From an uncultured delta proteobacterium (lineage in GTDB: Bacteria; Myxococcota_A; UBA9160; SMWR01): 64,000 bases of DNA. The stretch covers positions 736,001 to 800,000 of the forward strand of contig CAWHTE010000011.1 of the NCBI GenBank assembly GCA_963832165.1, written 5' to 3'. The notes beneath the pieces are model-generated. The model was not told the DNA's origin. It did not search any database and saw only the letters and a program-made list of their open reading frames with translations. Each line of letters opens with the position of its first letter. The first letter of the stretch is position 1. Position numbers and translations under genes: made by a program. Positions 20,347-30,626 of this stretch are shown piece after piece.

Positions 20347-21035
20347 GCGGGCTGCCGAAGCTGCTGGATCACCTCGGCCGCGATCGAGATCGCGATCTCG
20401 GCGGGAGTCTGCGCGCCGATCGCGAGCCCCACCGGTCCCCGGATGCGCGCGATCTCCTCGTCGGAGAAGCCGCGCTCGCGCAGGCGCTCGACGCGCTTCG
20501 CGTGCGTCTTGCGACTGCCGAGCGCGCCGACGTAGAAGGCCTCCGAGCGCAGCGCGATCGCGAGCGCGGGATCGTCGAGCTTCGGATCGTGCGTGAGCGC
20601 CACGATCGCGCAGCGCGCGTCGAGCGCGAGCGCCTCGAGCGCTTCGCCGGGCCAGCGCGTGGAGATCTCGACGTCGGGGAAGCGCGCGTCGGCGGCGTAG
20701 GCGTGGCGGGGGTCGATCACGACGACCTCGAAGCCCGCGAGCCGCGCCGCGCGCACGAGCGGCTGCGCGATGTGCACGGCGCCGATCACGATCATGCGCA
20801 GCGGCGGATTCCACACGTTGATGAACAGCGTGCGCCCGTCGATCTGCACCGGCTGCGCGCGATCCGCGCGCAGCGCGGAGTGGATCGCCGGAAGCAGCGC
20901 TTCGCCGAGCCCGGCGGGCGCGCTCGCTCCCTTCTCGAACAGCCACTGCTCGCCCGACTCGAGATCGGTGAGGACCGCCGCGGGGCGCTTGGCGCGCCGC
21001 GCGCGCAGCAGCGCGTCGAGCAGCTCGCGCTTCAC
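20343..21035 (-). CDS. xdhC: XdhC family protein, C-terminal Rossmann part
   Basis: IGAVHIAQPL, LTHDPKLDD, YVGALGSRK, GPVGLAIGAQTPAEIAISIAAE. Confidence 0.92.
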   Translation of the reverse strand: MKRELLDALLRARRAKRPAAVLTDLESGEQWLFEKGASAPAGLGEALLPAIHSALRADRAQPVQIDGRTLFINVWNPPLRMIVIGAVHIAQPLVRAARLAGFEVVVIDPRHAYAADARFPDVEISTRWPGEALEALALDARCAIVALTHDPKLDDPALAIALRSEAFYVGALGSRKTHAKRVERLRERGFSDEEIARIRGPVGLAIGAQTPAEIAISIAAEVIQQLRQPA

Positions 21036-21361
21036 TCCACCCTCTCGACGAAGATCTCGATCTCCCCGCCGCAGGCGAGCCCGACCTCCCAGGCCATCTC
21101 GTTGGTGACGCCGAAGCGCAGGCGCCGCGTGTTTCCGTCCGCGATTGCGCCGCGCGCGGCCTCGATCACCGCGCCCTCGATGCAGCCGCCCGAGACCGAG
21201 CCGAAGAACTCGCCCGCGTCGCTCACCACCACCTGGCTGCCGACGGGCCGCGGAGCGGATCCCCAGGTGGAGACGACGGTCGCGAGCGCGACGCCACGCC
21301 CCTGCGCGCGCCACGTGGCTGCGTGGCCGAGCACGTCGTCGGCGTCGAGAGTGTCGGCCAT
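21032..21361 (-). CDS. XdhC/CoxI N-terminal domain protein
   Basis: ATVVSTWGSAPRPVGS, GSVSGGCIEG, GLACGGEI. Confidence 0.92.
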   Translation of the reverse strand: MADTLDADDVLGHAATWRAQGRGVALATVVSTWGSAPRPVGSQVVVSDAGEFFGSVSGGCIEGAVIEAARGAIADGNTRRLRFGVTNEMAWEVGLACGGEIEIFVERVE

Positions 21362-21379
21362 TCGGGAGTCGGCTTCGGG

Positions 21380-21955
21380 TCAGCGAGCCCGGCGGCGGCC
21401 CAGCGCGAACACGGCGAGGCCCCCGGTGAACAGCGCGGCGAGGGAAGCGGGCTCCGGGAGCACGTTCACGGTGAGATCGTCGAAGGTGAACGAGCCCGGC
21501 GAGTTCTGGGTCACCACGAGCGCGGTGATCCCCTTGAACGCGGGGGCGAACTGCGTGAAATCGAGCGGACCGGCGACGGTCGGCGCCGGGATGCTGCCGC
21601 CGGTTCCGCCGATCGCGGAGATCGTGTACTCGCCCACCGTGTCGGCCGGGTTGATCACGTCGAGGCTCTCGACGTCGAACGTGCTCGGGGAGTCGGGCGT
21701 CACCGTCACCTTCGAGAGCCCGAGGTTCTGCTCGTCGAGGTTGAAGGCCTGGTCGTTCGCGCCTCCCGTGGCGTCGGAATAGAGCTCGTAGTGGCCGCGA
21801 TCGACCGTCGTCGTGAGGCCGTTCTCGGAATAGGGCTCGGTACGGAAGTCCTTCCCCTTCGGGGTGTCGTCGTACTCGAGCACCGTGACGGCGGCGGAGG
21901 TGCCGGGCGCGAGCCCGAACACTGCGATCACCAGAGCGAACGTTCGAGGGCGCAT
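21380..21955 (-). CDS. PEP-CTERM sorting-domain protein
   Basis: Signal peptide; C-terminus LPEPASLAALFTGGLAVFALGRRRAR. Confidence 0.88.
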   Translation of the reverse strand: MRPRTFALVIAVFGLAPGTSAAVTVLEYDDTPKGKDFRTEPYSENGLTTTVDRGHYELYSDATGGANDQAFNLDEQNLGLSKVTVTPDSPSTFDVESLDVINPADTVGEYTISAIGGTGGSIPAPTVAGPLDFTQFAPAFKGITALVVTQNSPGSFTFDDLTVNVLPEPASLAALFTGGLAVFALGRRRAR

Positions 21956-22058
21956 GGCTTCCCTCCCGGATGAGCGGCGGGTGCGGCCGCCAGGATACGC
22001 GAAAAGGTACCCGGAGCGGAAGCGCGGAGATCGGGGGGCCGAACCGGGGCCTACTGGC

Positions 22059-22946
22059 CTACCGCTTCGCCCGCACCCCCTTCGACTCGAGCAGCTTGCG
22101 GATCGGCGCGAGGCCCGGCTCGTAGAGCGCGCCCGGGAGCATCCCGCCGTCCGTGTAGATCGTCGTGCCGTTGATGGTGTCGGCCTGGCCCGAGCACAGG
22201 AACACGACCGCGTTCCCGATCTCCTCGGGCCGGCCCGCGCGGCGGATCGGCACGTTCGCGAAGTAGTCCTCGCCGCCGCCGTCGCCGCCGAGCACGAGGC
22301 GCTCGAAGTTCTCGGTCTGGGTCGGACCCAGTGCGAGGCAGTTCACGCGGATCTTCGGACCCCATTCCTGCGCGAGCGACTTCGTCATGTGGTCGAGTCC
22401 GGACTTCGCGGCGCCATAGGAGACGAGTGTGGGCGAGCCCGCCGGATGGCCGGCCCCGCTCGAGATGTTCACGATCGAGCCCGTGCCGTCCTGGCCGAGC
22501 ATCTGGCGCGCGACGCGCAGCGCGAACCACAGTGGGCTCGTCAGGTTGTTCTGGATCGCGTTGGCGTGGAACAGCGCGGTGCGCGTGAAGTCGTCGTCGT
22601 GCGCGGGCGCGCCCTGGATCTTCGCGATCAGCGCCGGCACCTCCTCGACGATCGGCGTCGGCACGGTGCCGCCCGCGTTGTTCACGAGGATGTCGATCCG
22701 GCCGAAGCGTTCGACCGCGCGCGTCACGAACGCCTCGATCTGCGCGATGTCGGTCTGGTCGCACACCCACTGCGCCGAGCGCTTGCCGTCGTCGTCGATC
22801 CCCGCGGCTGCGGGCAGTGCCGGCAGCGGGCGGCGCGAGCAGCCCACGACCGTGGCTCCCTCTTCGAGCAGGCGCCGCGCGATCCCGACACCCACACCGC
22901 GGCTCGTGCCCGTTACGATCGCCACTCGTCCGTCGAGTTGACCCAT
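22059..22946 (-). CDS. SDR family oxidoreductase
   Basis: MGQLDGRVAIVTGTSRGVG, NNAGG, YGAAK. Confidence 0.92.
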   Translation of the reverse strand: MGQLDGRVAIVTGTSRGVGVGIARRLLEEGATVVGCSRRPLPALPAAAGIDDDGKRSAQWVCDQTDIAQIEAFVTRAVERFGRIDILVNNAGGTVPTPIVEEVPALIAKIQGAPAHDDDFTRTALFHANAIQNNLTSPLWFALRVARQMLGQDGTGSIVNISSGAGHPAGSPTLVSYGAAKSGLDHMTKSLAQEWGPKIRVNCLALGPTQTENFERLVLGGDGGGEDYFANVPIRRAGRPEEIGNAVVFLCSGQADTINGTTIYTDGGMLPGALYEPGLAPIRKLLESKGVRAKR

Positions 22947-22957
22947 CGGCGTGTCGT

Positions 22958-24025
22958 TCAGACGTTCGCGAACGCGTGGCGCGGCAGCGTGACGGGCAGG
23001 TCGGCCGAGGTGACGATGCCCGGCGCGGCCTCGCACACGTAGGGGATCGCGTTGATCACGCGCATCGCGGTGCCGACGAGCCCGCTCTCGACGAACGTCT
23101 CGGGCGTTCCCATCTGGAGCTCGCAGGTCATGTCGGGGTCGCCTTCGAAGACGATCCGGTAGGTGCCGTCGCGCGCCGCAGTCGGCCAATCGGGCGCGAT
23201 GTCGTTCGCCAGCCGGTTGATGTGCTCGATCACGATCGCGTCGCGGCCGTCGACCACGCCGATCGTCTCGAAGCGCACCGCGGCGACCGTGCCGGGCTCG
23301 ATCACGCCCGCGGCCACCTCGAGCCGGCGGTCGGTGACGCGCTTGTCGTAGGTTTCGCGGATCGCGTCGAGCTGCACGCCCATGTGATCGGCCACCATGC
23401 GCACGGGCGGTCCCCACGACGACTGCTGGATACCGGGGATCTGCATGATGCAGCGGTGCTCGGGCGGCTTCCCGAAGCCGAACACCTCGAACATCGTGAA
23501 CACGACGGGGTAGTCGGTGTAGGTGAAGATCTCCTGCGTGCGCACCGAGCGGATCTTGTTCGAGAGCGTGGCGAGCGTGAGCACGAGCTGATCGCCCGCG
23601 AAGCCGGGCTCGATCCCGGAGGCGTAGAGCGACGCGCCGCCTTCGCGGCACGCGGCTTCGAGCTGATCGACGTGCTTGGGGTTGTAGCCGGCCGGATGGA
23701 CCAGGCCCGGGATCGACGTGGTGACGACGTTGATGCCCGCCACGAGCATGCGGCTGATGTCGGTGACGCAGGCGTCGGGTCGCGACTCGCCGCTCGCCGT
23801 GTAGCAGACGCAGTCGGGCGACGTCGCGAGCAGCGCATCGGCGTCGGAGGTCGCCGCGACCCCGATCGGACCCGTGCCGGCGAGCTCGCCGGCGTCTCGG
23901 CCCGATTTGGTCGCGCTGTGTACCCAAACACCTGCTAGCTCGAGGTCGGGGCGCGCTGCGAGCACGCGCACCGCGATCGAACCGACCTCGCCCGTCGACC
24001 ACTGGACTACTCGGTACCGACGCAT
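22958..24025 (-). CDS. NAD(P)-dependent DapB-like/diaminopentanoate dehydrogenase-like oxidoreductase
   Basis: RVVQWSTGEVG, GINVVTT, SGIEPGF, TAMRVINAIPYVCEAAPGI. Confidence 0.88.
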   Translation of the reverse strand: MRRYRVVQWSTGEVGSIAVRVLAARPDLELAGVWVHSATKSGRDAGELAGTGPIGVAATSDADALLATSPDCVCYTASGESRPDACVTDISRMLVAGINVVTTSIPGLVHPAGYNPKHVDQLEAACREGGASLYASGIEPGFAGDQLVLTLATLSNKIRSVRTQEIFTYTDYPVVFTMFEVFGFGKPPEHRCIMQIPGIQQSSWGPPVRMVADHMGVQLDAIRETYDKRVTDRRLEVAAGVIEPGTVAAVRFETIGVVDGRDAIVIEHINRLANDIAPDWPTAARDGTYRIVFEGDPDMTCELQMGTPETFVESGLVGTAMRVINAIPYVCEAAPGIVTSADLPVTLPRHAFANV

Positions 24026-24131
24026 TGCATTCTCCTCGATCGCGGGTGGGTTTCTTTTGTAGTTGGCTCCTCGGGTCTGTGCAAGACTCGCGGGCGCCCG
24101 CGGCTACCCGTGCGCCCGAGGGAGGAGTGCG

Positions 24132-24950
24132 ATGATTCTCGATTCGTTCCGCCTCACCGACAAGGTTGCGATCGTGACCGGCGCCGGGCACGGCATCGGC
24201 CGCGCGATCGCGGTTGCGTTCGCCGAAGCGGGCGCCGACGTCGTGGTCGCTGCGCGCACACAGAAGGACATCGATGAGACCGCCGCGCTCGTGTCGGCGG
24301 CCGGGCGCACGGGCTTCGCGGTGCCGTGCGACGTGCTCGAGACCGCCCAGCTCGAGAATCTCGTGAAGGTCACGCTCGACCGCTTCGGGCGCATCGACAT
24401 CCTCGTGAACAACGCGGGCGGCATGATCCCGCGCCCGTCGCTCGCGCTCTCCGAGCGCGCGTTCGAGAAGATCGTGCGTTTCAATCTCACGAGCCCGTTC
24501 CTTCTCACGAAGCTCGTCGTGCCCCACATGGTGAAGATCGCGGGCTCGGGCGTGGTGGTGAACATCTCGTCGGGCGCGAGCGAGGCGGTGGTCGGCGGTT
24601 TGATGCCGTACGGCGCCGCGAAAGCCGGGCTCGACCAGATGACGCACATGCTCGGCGGCGAGTTCGCACCCGAGGTGCGCGTGAACAGCATCGTGGTCGG
24701 GCAGATCGATACACCCGGCGCATCGTCCGTGATCACCGACGAGCTGAAGCAGCGCGCGGCGCAGAACATTCCGATGCGCCGGATGGGGCAGAGCACCGAC
24801 ATCGCAGCCTGCGCGCTCTATCTCGCCTCACCGGCGTCCGCGTGGGTCACCGGACGCTCGATCGGTGTGAACGGCGGAGCGGACCACCCGCCGCTCGCGT
24901 TTCCGATCCCCTCGCTGCGCGAGCAGGTGTTCGGGACGCAGAACCGCTGA
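24132..24950 (+). CDS. SDR family oxidoreductase
   Basis: FRLTDKVAIVTGAGHGIG, NNAGG, YGAAK; GGAGG RBS. Confidence 0.92.
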   Translation: MILDSFRLTDKVAIVTGAGHGIGRAIAVAFAEAGADVVVAARTQKDIDETAALVSAAGRTGFAVPCDVLETAQLENLVKVTLDRFGRIDILVNNAGGMIPRPSLALSERAFEKIVRFNLTSPFLLTKLVVPHMVKIAGSGVVVNISSGASEAVVGGLMPYGAAKAGLDQMTHMLGGEFAPEVRVNSIVVGQIDTPGASSVITDELKQRAAQNIPMRRMGQSTDIAACALYLASPASAWVTGRSIGVNGGADHPPLAFPIPSLREQVFGTQNR

Positions 24951-25471
24951 TGCGCATCGACCCGCCGGATCGGCTCGCTACGCGCTTCTCCGAGTCTTCC
25001 GCGACGTGGCAGCAGATCCTCGACGTCGATGCCTCGGCGCTCGCGGTGTTCAGCCGGATCTCGGCGCTCTCGGTTGCGTTCGCGACGCTGTCGCGGGAGG
25101 CACTCCAGCGCTTCGGGCTCAACTACGCCGAGCTCTCCGTGCTCGCGATGCTGCGCACCACGGAGCCGGAGCAGCGGCGTTCGCCGACCGAGCTGCGCGC
25201 GCTGGTCGGGCAGTCCTCGGCCGGCACGACGCGCATCCTCGACAAGCTCGAGGCCGATGGCCACCTGCGTCGCGAGGACCTCGATGGAGGGGATCGTCGC
25301 CGCGTCGACATCGTGCTCACGCCCAGCGGTGCCGCTCTCGCCGAGCAGGGGGTTGCGGCGCTGCTCACGGCGGAAACCGCGGTGCTCAGGGCGATTCCAG
25401 CGGCCGGTCGGGCTGCGATCGCGAGCAGTCTCGACGCGCTGCTAGGGGCTTTTGCCACGGATCGGGAGTAG
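24950..25471 (+). CDS. MarR family regulator
   Basis: SPTELR..QSSAGTTRILDKLE..G...DRRRVDIVLTPSG; ATG overlaps the upstream TGA. Confidence 0.88.
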   Translation: MRIDPPDRLATRFSESSATWQQILDVDASALAVFSRISALSVAFATLSREALQRFGLNYAELSVLAMLRTTEPEQRRSPTELRALVGQSSAGTTRILDKLEADGHLRREDLDGGDRRRVDIVLTPSGAALAEQGVAALLTAETAVLRAIPAAGRAAIASSLDALLGAFATDRE

Positions 25472-25563
25472 GCACCCGATTCTCGCGGTGCCGGGCCGTT
25501 CGGCCGATGTAGCCCCCGGCGGGGCGTCGAAAAGCGGTTCCCGAGTTCGAGAGGGCGGGCAGG

Positions 25564-26544
25564 GTGGTGCGCGAGATCACGGTGATCGGCGGCGGCGCGG
25601 GCAGCTTCAATCTGCTCTCGGGTCTTCGTTCGCAGACCGACTTCGCGCTGCGCTCGATCGTCACGATGATGGATAGCGGCGGCGACTCCGGCACGCTGCG
25701 CGAATCGTGCGGCGTGCTGCCGCCGGGCGATCTTCGGCGCTGCCTCGTGGCGCTCTCGGAAGAGTCCCAGATCCTGCGCGACCTGTTCTCGTTCCGCTTC
25801 GAGGACGGTCTGCTCGAGGGTCGCAACTTCGGCAATCTGTTCTTCCTCGCGCTCACGCGCTCGCTCGGTAGCGAGCAGCAGGCCGTCTCGGCGCTGGGGC
25901 GGATCCTCAAGATCCGCGGGGACGTGATCCCGGTGACCTGGGACCACGCCCAGCTCATCGCGCGCACGCGCGCGGGGTCGCTGTTGCGCGGCGAAGCCGC
26001 GATCGATGGGCGCGGCAAGCGGGAGGGCCCGCGCCCGTCTCCGATCGAGGAGATCTGGCTCGAGCCCTACGCGCGCGCGAACCCAGCTGCGCTTTCGGCG
26101 ATCGTCGACTGCGACGCAGTGGTGCTCGCGCCCGGAGACGTGTTCACTTCCCTCGTGCCGAACCTGCTCGTGGACGGCGTCTCCGAGGCGATCCGCGCGT
26201 CGCGCGCGCAGCTCGTATTCGTGCTCAACATGATGACCAAGGCCGGCGAGACCGACGATTGGAGCGCACGCCGTCACGTCGAGGAGCTCGCGCGGCGGGC
26301 GGGCCGCGATCCCGATGCGGTGCTCGTGCACGCGGGCATCTTCCCGCGCGCACGCCTGCACGACTACGCCTTCGAGGGCGCTGTTCCGGTCGAGGACGAC
26401 CTGGATGACGCGGCCGCGCCGTTCCGGATCGTGCGCGCCGACCTCGCATCTGCAGGGCCGCTGATCCACCACGAGCCGGACGCGACCGGACGCGCGCTCG
26501 CGGAGCTCGTGCGCGATGCCGCGCCGGTGCGGAGATCCGCGTGA
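25564..26544 (+). CDS. yvcK: YvcK/GlmR (CofD-like) family protein
   Basis: VIGGGAG, DSGGDSGTLR, LPPGDLRRCL, APGDVFTSLVPNL. Confidence 0.88.
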   Translation: MVREITVIGGGAGSFNLLSGLRSQTDFALRSIVTMMDSGGDSGTLRESCGVLPPGDLRRCLVALSEESQILRDLFSFRFEDGLLEGRNFGNLFFLALTRSLGSEQQAVSALGRILKIRGDVIPVTWDHAQLIARTRAGSLLRGEAAIDGRGKREGPRPSPIEEIWLEPYARANPAALSAIVDCDAVVLAPGDVFTSLVPNLLVDGVSEAIRASRAQLVFVLNMMTKAGETDDWSARRHVEELARRAGRDPDAVLVHAGIFPRARLHDYAFEGAVPVEDDLDDAAAPFRIVRADLASAGPLIHHEPDATGRALAELVRDAAPVRRSA

Positions 26545-28730
26545 GCCCTGCGCCGCAGCGCGAGGCGTGCGAGCGCGGGTTCGCGGCGCTGTCCGTTGCG
26601 GACGAAGATCGCGCGCGCGCGCTCGCGAACCTCTCGCAATGGCTGGAAGGCACGGCGTTTCGCGACTACCGCCCGCAGCTCGACTGGATGATCGAGTCGC
26701 GTCACTTCGAAGACCTGCTCGACAGCTTCTTCCGCGTGCTGCCGTTCGGCACGGGCGGGCGCCGCGGCCCGGTCGGAATCGGCACCAATCGCTTCAACCC
26801 GTTCACGCTCGCGAGCTCGGTGCAGGGTCACGCGGAGTTCCTGCGCCGCTACGAGCCCGGCGACGAGCACTCGGTGGTGGTCGTGTACGACGTGCGCGCG
26901 TTCCACGACCTGCGGAAGGTCTACAACCCCGCGATCGAGAATCCCGTCGCAGGCCTCAGCTCGCGCGACTTCGCGCGGATCGCGGCCGAGGTGTATGCGG
27001 CGATGGGCGTGCGCGTGTTCTTCCCGGAGCAGGGGTACGTCTCCACTCCGGAGCTCTCGTTTGCGATCCGGCGGCTCGGTGCGACGGCGGGCCTCAACAT
27101 CTCGGCGTCGCACAACCACCCCGACGACAACGGCGGAAAGTTCTACAACGCGCACGGCGCGCAGCACGTGCCGCCGCGCGACGAGGATCTCGCCGCGCTC
27201 GTGGACGCCGTTCGAGAGATCCGCCGCATGCCGTTCGACGAGGCGCGCAGTGCGGGGTGGATCGCGCCGATTCCGGCCGATCAGCACAAGGCCTACGTGG
27301 ATCTGAACGTGGGCCAGTCGCTCGCGCCGCGCGCGCGCCGCGCGCGCATCGTGTTCACGCCGCTGAACGGAACTGGAGGCAGCACGGTCGGTGCCGTGTT
27401 GGCTGCGGCCGGCTTCCACGTCGAGAGCGTGCCCGAGGAGGCGGAGCCCGACGGCCAGTTCCCCGCGGTGCCGTTCCGCGCGCCCAACCCCGAGGTGCGC
27501 GAATCGATGGAGCGCGCCGTGCGCGTCGCGCGGCGGAGCGGCGCCGATCTCGTGATGGCGTGCGATCCCGACGCCGACCGGATCGGCATCTGCGCGCGCG
27601 CGGCCGATGGCAGCTACCACTTCGTGAATGGCAACGAGATCGCGGCGCTCGTCGCCCACTACAAGCTCGAGAAGCTCGCTGCGCTCGGGCGGTTGCCGCG
27701 GCGGCCGCTGCTGGTCAAGACCGAGGTCACCACGGAGCTGCTCGCGGCGATCGCGCGCAAGTTCGGTGCGACGCTGATCGGCGATCTGCTCGTGGGCTTC
27801 AAATATCACGGCAACGTGCTCGAGCAGATCGAGCGCGGTGATCATCCGGGCGGGTTCGCGCTCGACGACTTCGTCGCGGGCGTCGAGGAGAGCCACGGCG
27901 TGCTCGTGACGCCCGAGATCCGCGACAAGGACGCCGCGGGCGCGGCGATCCTGCTCGCCGAGCTCACCTCCGAGCTCGTGGAGCAGGGCAGCACGCTCGT
28001 CGAATACCTCGACCGGATCTATCTGGAGCTCGGCTACTTCGCGAACCGGCTCACGTCGACCGTGATGACGGGCGCGACCGGCCTCGCCCACATCCGGCGG
28101 ATCCAGGCCGCGCTGCGCAAGTCGCCGCCGGCCGAGCTGGCCGGAATGCGTGTGGTCGAAGCGATCGACCATCTCGACGAGTCGGGTCCGCGCGGCCGCC
28201 TGCTCTCCGAGACCGACGCCGCCTCTCGCGATGTGCTCGTGTTCCGGCTCGAAGGCGGGGCGCGCGCGGTCCTGCGCCCCTCCGGCACCGAGCCCAAGAA
28301 CAAGGCGTACGTCGAGGTGCCGCTGCCGGCGCTGGGTCTCTCCGCGGGCAGCGAAGCGCTCGCGCGTCAGCGGGCGGAAGGCGACGAGCGCACGCTCGAG
28401 ATCGCCGACTCGCTCTCGCAGCAGATGCTGCGCGTGATCGGCGTCGACCTGCCGCGCTATGCACTGCGCGTGTCGGGACTGGTTGCGCTCGACAAGCGCA
28501 TCGACTTCGCGCACCGCTTCGTGCCCGCACTCGTCGAGCGCGCGCGTGCGAACCCGACCCCCGCAGCGCTGGGCAGCTGGATCGACAGCGAGCTCGAGAG
28601 CTACGGCAAGGACGCGCGCGGCCTGACCGCGGACGCCATCCGCGCATTTCTCGCGCAGGAGCGCGCAGCGGCCAGCACGTCTGGTGCAGTGCTCGACGCG
28701 ATCGAGCGCGCGTTCTTCGCGGGGGCGTAG
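26541..28730 (+). CDS. Phospho-sugar mutase (PGM/PMM family) with a C-terminal extension
   Basis: FGTGGRRG, ISASHNHP, DPDADR, EESHG, RDKDA, RPSGTEPK. Confidence 0.93.
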   Translation: MSPAPQREACERGFAALSVADEDRARALANLSQWLEGTAFRDYRPQLDWMIESRHFEDLLDSFFRVLPFGTGGRRGPVGIGTNRFNPFTLASSVQGHAEFLRRYEPGDEHSVVVVYDVRAFHDLRKVYNPAIENPVAGLSSRDFARIAAEVYAAMGVRVFFPEQGYVSTPELSFAIRRLGATAGLNISASHNHPDDNGGKFYNAHGAQHVPPRDEDLAALVDAVREIRRMPFDEARSAGWIAPIPADQHKAYVDLNVGQSLAPRARRARIVFTPLNGTGGSTVGAVLAAAGFHVESVPEEAEPDGQFPAVPFRAPNPEVRESMERAVRVARRSGADLVMACDPDADRIGICARAADGSYHFVNGNEIAALVAHYKLEKLAALGRLPRRPLLVKTEVTTELLAAIARKFGATLIGDLLVGFKYHGNVLEQIERGDHPGGFALDDFVAGVEESHGVLVTPEIRDKDAAGAAILLAELTSELVEQGSTLVEYLDRIYLELGYFANRLTSTVMTGATGLAHIRRIQAALRKSPPAELAGMRVVEAIDHLDESGPRGRLLSETDAASRDVLVFRLEGGARAVLRPSGTEPKNKAYVEVPLPALGLSAGSEALARQRAEGDERTLEIADSLSQQMLRVIGVDLPRYALRVSGLVALDKRIDFAHRFVPALVERARANPTPAALGSWIDSELESYGKDARGLTADAIRAFLAQERAAASTSGAVLDAIERAFFAGA

Positions 28731-28810
28731 GGCGGGAGGCCGGCCTTGCCTGGCTTTTTCGCGCGCTACACTGATCGGGGTCAATGCCCCCCCACGGAGG
28801 TGGTGGGATC

Positions 28811-28972
28811 ATGGCACTCTCGAAGCATTTGGTGATCGCTCCCTGGCTGCGGCGCTATTGGGCGCTCATGGTTGCGGGGCTGCTGGTTCTGTTCATCGCG
28901 GGCGGCGCATCGATGGCGCACTTCGCGCGCGACCGATCAGCTCCGCCGCCCGTCTCGGCTCCGCCGCGCTAG
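28811..28972 (+). CDS. Possible small single-TM protein
   Basis: GGAGG upstream; WLRRYWALMVAGLLVLFIAGGA hydrophobic stretch. Confidence 0.35.
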   Translation: MALSKHLVIAPWLRRYWALMVAGLLVLFIAGGASMAHFARDRSAPPPVSAPPR

Positions 28973-30588
28973 GCCGGCGAGCGGGCCGGGAACAGGACGC
29001 GGAAGCGCGTGCCATCGCCCACGCGCGAATCGACCTCGATTCCGCCCTCGTGGCCGCGCACGATCCCGAGCACCGCGGCGAGGCCGAGCCCGCGCCCCGT
29101 GAACTTCGTGGTGAAGAACGGATCGAAGATGCGCGCGAGCGTGTCCGGCGTCATGCCACAGCCCGTGTCCTCGACCTCGATGAACACGTAGCGGCCGGGC
29201 GGGAGCGCCTCGCCGAGCCCGGCCACCTGGCTCGGCAGCGGCTCGGTGAGCTCGGTCTCCCCGGTGCGGATCGCGATCACGGCCGGACCGGGTCCCAGCG
29301 CCTCGAGCGCGTTGCTGACGAGGTTCGTCACGACCTGGCCGATCTGGGTCGCATCGCCCTCGACGCTCGCGAGGCCCTTGGGCAGCTCGTAGCGCATCTG
29401 CACGCTCTCGGGAGCGCCGTCGCCGATCAGCCGCGCCATCTCGTCGACCACCTGGGAGAGATCGACGGGATCGGTGCGCGGCGCCTCGGCTCCCGCGTGC
29501 GCGAGCATCTTGCGCGTGAGGTCGGCGGCGCGCTGCGCAGCGCGCAGGATCCGCTCGAAGCGCTCGCGCATCGGTGAGCTCGCGGGAAGGTCGCCCAACG
29601 CGAGGCGCGACTCGCCGATGATCGGCGTGAGCAGGTTGTTGAAGTCGTGCGCGATACCGCCCGCGAGAACGCCGAGGCTCTCGAGGCGCTGCGCCTGCTG
29701 CATCCGCACCTCGAGCGCGCGCCGCTCGTCCTCCTCGCGGCGCCGCTCGCTGAAGTCGCGCGCCACCGCGATGAACCGGCGCTCGCCATCCGCGCTCTCG
29801 TAGCTGAGGCCCGTGCATTCGTACCAGATCCAGTGTCCGTCGTGTCGGCGCATCCGGAACGGTTTGAGCTCCACGGTCTCCCCGGTCAGGAACGAGTGGC
29901 GCAGCTCCTTCTCCACGCGCGCTTGGTCTTCCGGGTGCACCGCGGTGAACATCGACAGTGCGGACTCGTCGGCGGACGACAGGCCGAACAGCTCGCGCAT
30001 CACACCGGTCGTGAACGTGTTGCGCCCCTTCCCGTCGACCTCGATGACCGCGTTGCGGCTCGCGCGCACGATCACGCGATAGCGCGCCTCGCTCTCGCGC
30101 AGCTGTGCCCACGCCTCCTGGCGCGCGGTGACGTCGCAGAGGATCGAGACGCTGTGGATGCGTCCATCCCTCGCGCGGAAGCGAGCCGCGGAGACCGCCT
30201 CGAAGTGCACCCAGCTGCCGTTCCGGTGGCGCGCCCGAAGCTGCACGCGACCGGGTGCGGCGCCATTGCCCATCGCGCGCGAGACCTCCACGAGGCGCTC
30301 GAGGTCGTCCGGGTGCACGCGATCGCCCACGTAGATCCCGCGGAACTCCTCGGGCCGGTAGCCGGTGATCTCCTCGATGTTCGGGCTCACGAACTGGATG
30401 CGCGCATCCTGATCGATCTCGACCATCACCGCGCGCGCCTGCACGAGCGTCCAGACCAGGCGCTCATCGCGCTCCGCAGCGGTGAGCCAGGTCGAGTCGG
30501 GGGCCAGGGGATCGGCGCGATCTGCGGGCAGGCGCTCGCGCAGGTCCGCGAGCTGGGACAGGATCTGCTGGATGGTTCGGTCAGGCAT
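28969..30588 (-). CDS. Two-PAS sensor histidine kinase
   Basis: VHPDD and VHPED PAS motifs; LAGGIAHDFNNLL, NLVSNALEA, DTGCGM, FDPFFTTK, GLGL. Confidence 0.95.
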   Translation of the reverse strand: MPDRTIQQILSQLADLRERLPADRADPLAPDSTWLTAAERDERLVWTLVQARAVMVEIDQDARIQFVSPNIEEITGYRPEEFRGIYVGDRVHPDDLERLVEVSRAMGNGAAPGRVQLRARHRNGSWVHFEAVSAARFRARDGRIHSVSILCDVTARQEAWAQLRESEARYRVIVRASRNAVIEVDGKGRNTFTTGVMRELFGLSSADESALSMFTAVHPEDQARVEKELRHSFLTGETVELKPFRMRRHDGHWIWYECTGLSYESADGERRFIAVARDFSERRREEDERRALEVRMQQAQRLESLGVLAGGIAHDFNNLLTPIIGESRLALGDLPASSPMRERFERILRAAQRAADLTRKMLAHAGAEAPRTDPVDLSQVVDEMARLIGDGAPESVQMRYELPKGLASVEGDATQIGQVVTNLVSNALEALGPGPAVIAIRTGETELTEPLPSQVAGLGEALPPGRYVFIEVEDTGCGMTPDTLARIFDPFFTTKFTGRGLGLAAVLGIVRGHEGGIEVDSRVGDGTRFRVLFPARSPA

Positions 30589-30626
30589 CCGGCCCCTGGG
30601 AGCACCCCCGGCTGATTAGTCATTCT

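Noticed and set aside
26364..28784. Long antisense ORFs (also 12849-15311, 53271-54992 and others)
   Set aside because: Expected stop-poor shadow frames opposite real genes in high-GC DNA
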